Positions 59,655 through 64,000 of a DNA stretch of 64,000 bases are shown here, one piece after another. The notes beneath the pieces were generated by a model. It was not told the DNA's origin and made no database searches. It saw only the letters and a list, made by a program, of their open reading frames with translations. The position numbers and the translations under genes were made by a program. How positions within the stretch are numbered: the first letter of the stretch is position 1; every line of letters begins with the position of its first letter. Source of the stretch: Squalus acanthias (lineage: Eukaryota); NCBI GenBank assembly GCA_030390025.1, contig CM059431.1, positions 123,878,001 to 123,942,000 of the forward strand, in the 5' to 3' direction.

Positions 59655-61489
59655 CTAATCACCCTTATGCAAACCCTTACTTCCCCTCTTTACAGTGCCT
59701 TTTCCTAATCTACTACTCTTATGTAGTCTGTCCCCAGTGGCTGCAGCAGGGCTGGTGGAAGGCTGCTGCGTGTCGGTGCCAGAGACTACAGATGGCCTTG
59801 CAGGACGACCTCGACCAGCTCTGAGCCTGGAAGGCCTGGCTGGGGCGGCGGCAGTCTGGCCTGGCTGGATGACAGGCAATGGCGGAGTGGCAGTGGTGGG
59901 AGCAGGAATGCTGTCATCCTGAGAGAGGACAGCAGGTTCCTGCTCGACTGACAGACTGCCACTCACCCCGGGCACCACCTCAGCATCCCTGCCAATCTGC
60001 TGGAGCACAGATTGCTGGCCTGCTGTGACACCGTGAGATCCCCGGTGGACTGTGGTGGACCCAGCGATGATGGCAGCATTCAGCGCTTGCGTGGCATCAA
60101 GCTGATACTGCATGAGAGCAGTCTGAGACTCGATGGCAGCAACCATTGTCTGCATTACAGCACTAAGACGTTGCGTGGCTTCCGCCTGTACTGCAATGGA
60201 TGCTACCACATTGCTCATGACACGCGGCATGAGGTCTGCGTCCCCACGGTCTCTCAGGGAGTCCACCATCCTTTGCTCCATGGTTTGCGCAGAGCTCTGT
60301 GCAATGTTGGAGGCAGACTCCTCCACGCTCCTTACCATTGCCAACAAGCTCTCGGGCACCCTTGCCATTGCATCTATAATCTCCGTGTGCATGCTCATCA
60401 CCCTTCTTGTGAACACCTCCACATCGAGGTCCTCATCTGAGTCCTGTGCAGCAGAACTCCCATGAGAACTCACCCTCTGGGAGGTGGCTCCCGAGCTACC
60501 CTTTCCCCCTGGCCTTGCTGCAGCCCGCTCATCCCTGGTGCATCACCCAGTGTAGACCCCTCTACCAAACTTGCCTCTAAAGATCGCGTAGTGCCAGTAT
60601 CTGAGGTGGTGCCTGTGGGTGAGACATGCAGTGATGCGGAGCTTTCTTCCTCCTCCTCTTCTCCCGCCTCACTCTCACTGGGAGGCTCAGGGACAGGCTG
60701 ATCATCTGGTTGCTGATTACCTGAAAATATAAAGGCACAAGACTCACGTTAAGGTGAGGGCAGGGGAGCAGCAAGGGAGCAAGGAATGTAGACAGTATTA
60801 TGAGCTGAAAAGTGGGAAAGGCTTGTGCTGTGAAGGGGAAGTGGGATGAGAGAAGGAGAGGGGATGAACATACCGTTGTTGCCCCCAAGGGGGTCGACGC
60901 CCACCACCTGGTGCCCAATGACTCTCAACACTCGCTCCTCCAGGTCTGTAAGCTGTTGGATGTCCACTTCACCCCTATCTGTTCGTTGCTGTTCCCTCCT
61001 ATTGTGGCCCAGCTTGGCCTGCAAGAGAAAGGAAATTGTGTGAGTGAGTGTGCAGCTATGTGTTTGGGAGATGTGCCTGCCATAGTTGAATAGCTGTGAT
61101 TGTCGGCAAGGTGTGAGATGTGGATGTGAGTTTGAGTAGGTGGAGATTCTTGTTTGGGTGAGTGGTGGGGGTGTGGTGGTTTGTGCAGTGTGTACAGACT
61201 GAGGTTCAGATGTTGGTATGTAGGACTTGTTGAAGCATGTACTCACCCTGACCACCCGAGTGAGGTCGTTGAATTTTTTACAGCACTGTGTGTGGGTCCT
61301 GATGACCACATTGCTGGCCGAGATGTCCTGGACCACTTCCCTCCACATTGCCTTGAAGACCTGGGGCAATGGCCTCCTGCCAGTGGCCGTGAACAGCACT
61401 GCCCTCCTTCTTTTGACTGCCGCGACCAATGCTTCGAATGCCTGGGCGTTGAAACGGCTCTCTCTCTCTCTGGGACTGGGATCAGCCAT
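59655..61489 (-). pseudogene. Harbinger Myb/SANT protein, exons 61489-61247, 61018-60874 and 60720-59655
   Basis: Canonical AGG|GTGAGT, ttgcag|, ACG|GTATGT and tttcag| splice sites; RF....E.LV..V..RR.VLF...W..V.......RT..QC.KKFNDL; one frameshift at ~60475. Confidence 0.85.
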
Positions 61490-62199
61490 GAGGATAAGAG
61501 GTGTAGCTGTTGAGTTGCTTGGAGATCACCTTCAGAGCCAGCAATGTTGAGAATGAGGTTGTGCTGAATGATTGATCCTCCCCTTTAAGAACTGGAAGGA
61601 GCCAGTGTGAATTGGACTGCACCTGAAATTGGTTATCGCTCTGCGGGTAGTGCCCCGCTCTCTGTGTTTAGCGCCCTAAGTTAGGTGATTAGTACTTGAT
61701 TCAGCGCTCCAGTTCTTTCTTGGAGTGCTAACAATCAATTTAGCGGGAGGCCAGAAGGATTAGCACCTGGTGCTAATTCTCCAACTTTTTAAAATTTAGC
61801 GCCCCAACCGGGGCGATACCGAGTTTCTAGCTCTCAATTCCTTGGGTCATCCAATTATTTTGTTCACATCCATTTATGAGCTAGATATTCCTTTATGGTC
61901 TATTTTTAATTCAAGGGCAAAGTGAAGATAGATGTAGAACCTATTGTCTGTGAGTAATATCTTACCATTTTCCTGTGTTTTGGAGTTTGCCGAGAATTCC
62001 TCCTGCTGTCAGAAGTATTAACACGGATACTATGGGTAGCTGCAATTGAGCTTGTTAAGTCACAGTTAAATGCCAATTGAGCTTATCTTCTGTACTTCCA
62101 AGTTCCTAAGTTTTGTCCATTCCTAGCCCATATTTGCATTTTGGACAACAAATGTGAAATGAACTGGCAGTGTTCTGCAAGGGATCAGAAGTATGTTAG

Positions 62200-62960
62200 A
62201 GCTTTGGTGCACGCTATGTTATCGTCTCCATGGCAGCATGGTTGCTGCATTTAATGCCTTGTTATTGAATTATTTTGAGGAGGAGGACAGCCTAGAGACG
62301 GCAGTGGGCAGAGGAGAGGGTGTATCGAACCTGTCAGTAGCCCTGACGCAGCTACCACAATCTCACTGAGGAGCAAGGCTTCAGAAGGCTGGATCACAGC
62401 AGGGAGGCAGTCACTGATTTATGCCACCTTTGCAATTTGTACACCGCTCCTGAACACAATTACTTACAGGAAAGGGTTCGAGTCAGTCAACGTTCAGATG
62501 GTATGAAACCACTGGCAGATGATCATGCATGTTAATCCATGCATTTTTGAGAATCACAGATAATGGACAATTAGTGTGATGATCCTTACTGCCACAATTA
62601 TTGAAAGATGAAATAAGGCTTGAAATTTTATTCATGGGAGACCCTGACTCCCCTCTACCACTCCGGTTAATGACACCTGTGTGGAGCCTTCATATTCCAG
62701 TGGAAAATAACTATAACAAGGTACTTGAACAAACATTGACCATGACATTTGAGATACTGAGACAACTTTGTGGTAATTTAGATCATTCAAGGGGAGCATG
62801 ACAGTATGGGCCAGAGTCACAGTATCATGAATTGTAATAGTAAGTTCCACGCTACACAATTTAGGCATAGATAGAGACCACACCCTGCAAGCAGCTGAGG
62901 AGCATCAAGAAGCTGGAGAGGAGCATGAGGATATGATGTGCTGGAGACCCCAGGAGCAAA
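62200..62960 (+). pseudogene. Highly eroded Harbinger transposase remnant
   Basis: MGDPDSPLPLRLMTPV.....E..YN...TFEIL......LDHSRGA matches the GD.GYPL..WLMTP...LD.SGGA region. Confidence 0.6.
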
Positions 62961-64000
62961 CAAGCCAACATATGATGAGAGATTGGGTCTTGAGGTGCAA
63001 ATTGGCACCACTTTCAGGTGGATAATGCAGACATAACAGTCAACATTCCCCACTAGAAAACAAATTCAATCAAACAGCAAGATTTCCACCAAATCAAGAT
63101 TCTTGACTAGACAGAGTCTCCAGAAAAATCCATATTTCACACAACATGTCAGCAGAACAATTCCTAAAATGAAGGTCCTATTTCCTTCAACCTTTTGTCT
63201 TGTATATGCAACATTATAATTCCCAGTTCTATTGGCTGCTTTCCTGATGAGCACAGGCCAAATCCAACATTACGCTCCCACCACCCTGTTCACATCTTAA
63301 TCCCAACCTCAGAAGATTTTCTACTGCATCAGTGTGTTTTTTAATCTATTTTTCATATGGTGTACACTATTGGCCTCTGAGTGAGATTACTCATTTATTA
63401 TAGTTTGATGAAGCATCATTATTCAGTTCATGGCCATGAGGAACTGGTTGAAACTAATCTAGGGCCCTTACAGTCAGCCGAAGAAATTACCTTTTTATCT
63501 ATCAGTCAAGGCTGAGGTAACCATGCAATGTACTAACATACTTTTTTCACCCAATTTCCTTTTTAATTACTCTGCTATCATTAATGTCAAGTGATACTCC
63601 AAGTGCAAACTAAATATACATACAAACACATCTTGCTGGTGTTGAATCTCACCCAACCACTGCCGCTTGGGAAATTGAGACCTATGTAAATTATTATGTT
63701 CTTAATATTTCCTTAACTTTATTTATCTATCATTAAACTAAGGCAATTGTTCAGAAGCATGTTATATCATAGAATCATACAATCGATATTTGCTAATGAA
63801 ATTGGTTTATAATTGAACACCTTAAAATGTCTTTTTAGCTTTTGTCACACTGTAATACATCGTAGTCTCATTATATCTGGTGAATAGCCCTTCTGCCAAG
63901 CTTCATTTGGCAGTGGGACCATTTACCAGATATAATGAGGCTTGAATAGTGCAGGAGCTGTTTAGGCAGGCATTGATCTTTTCAAGTCAGTTGGGAAGCA

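Larger units (their letters stand above)
57822..61833 (+). mobile_element. Near full-length degenerate PIF/Harbinger transposon
   Basis: TIRs ggggaagaaattcgg / ccgagtttctagctc; convergent transposase and Myb/SANT genes; subterminal regions resemble the 893-bp MITEs. Confidence 0.88.

Overview
Repeat-saturated eukaryotic DNA with no host gene or exon that I can support. HE1-type V-SINE and SacSINE1-type Deu-SINEs, CR1/L2 LINEs, Penelope elements and Harbinger transposons point to a cartilaginous fish (shark or ray); this is inferred from the repeat content. The main structure is a nested stack at 27.7-54.1 kb. A CR1 LINE is interrupted by an old, decayed provirus (31532-51554) with 1.65-kb LTRs, a tRNA-Arg PBS, a coiled-coil Gag, dual RNase H and a fusion(F)-protein-like Env, which looks lokiretrovirus-like. 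Its env is in turn split by a very young env-less provirus (39838-47675) with identical 516-bp LTRs, a tRNA-Ser PBS, an intact 1173-aa Pol and a 68-bp structured tandem array in its leader. Removing the inner provirus rebuilds a ~778-codon Env with an apparent N-terminal immunoglobulin-like domain. The window also holds a young Mag-type Gypsy element disabled by a Penelope fragment, several minimal Penelope hammerhead-ribozyme motifs (one in a 59-bp perfect inverted repeat), two near full-length Harbinger elements, and many Harbinger-type MITEs. All comparisons were made by eye; no database searches were run.
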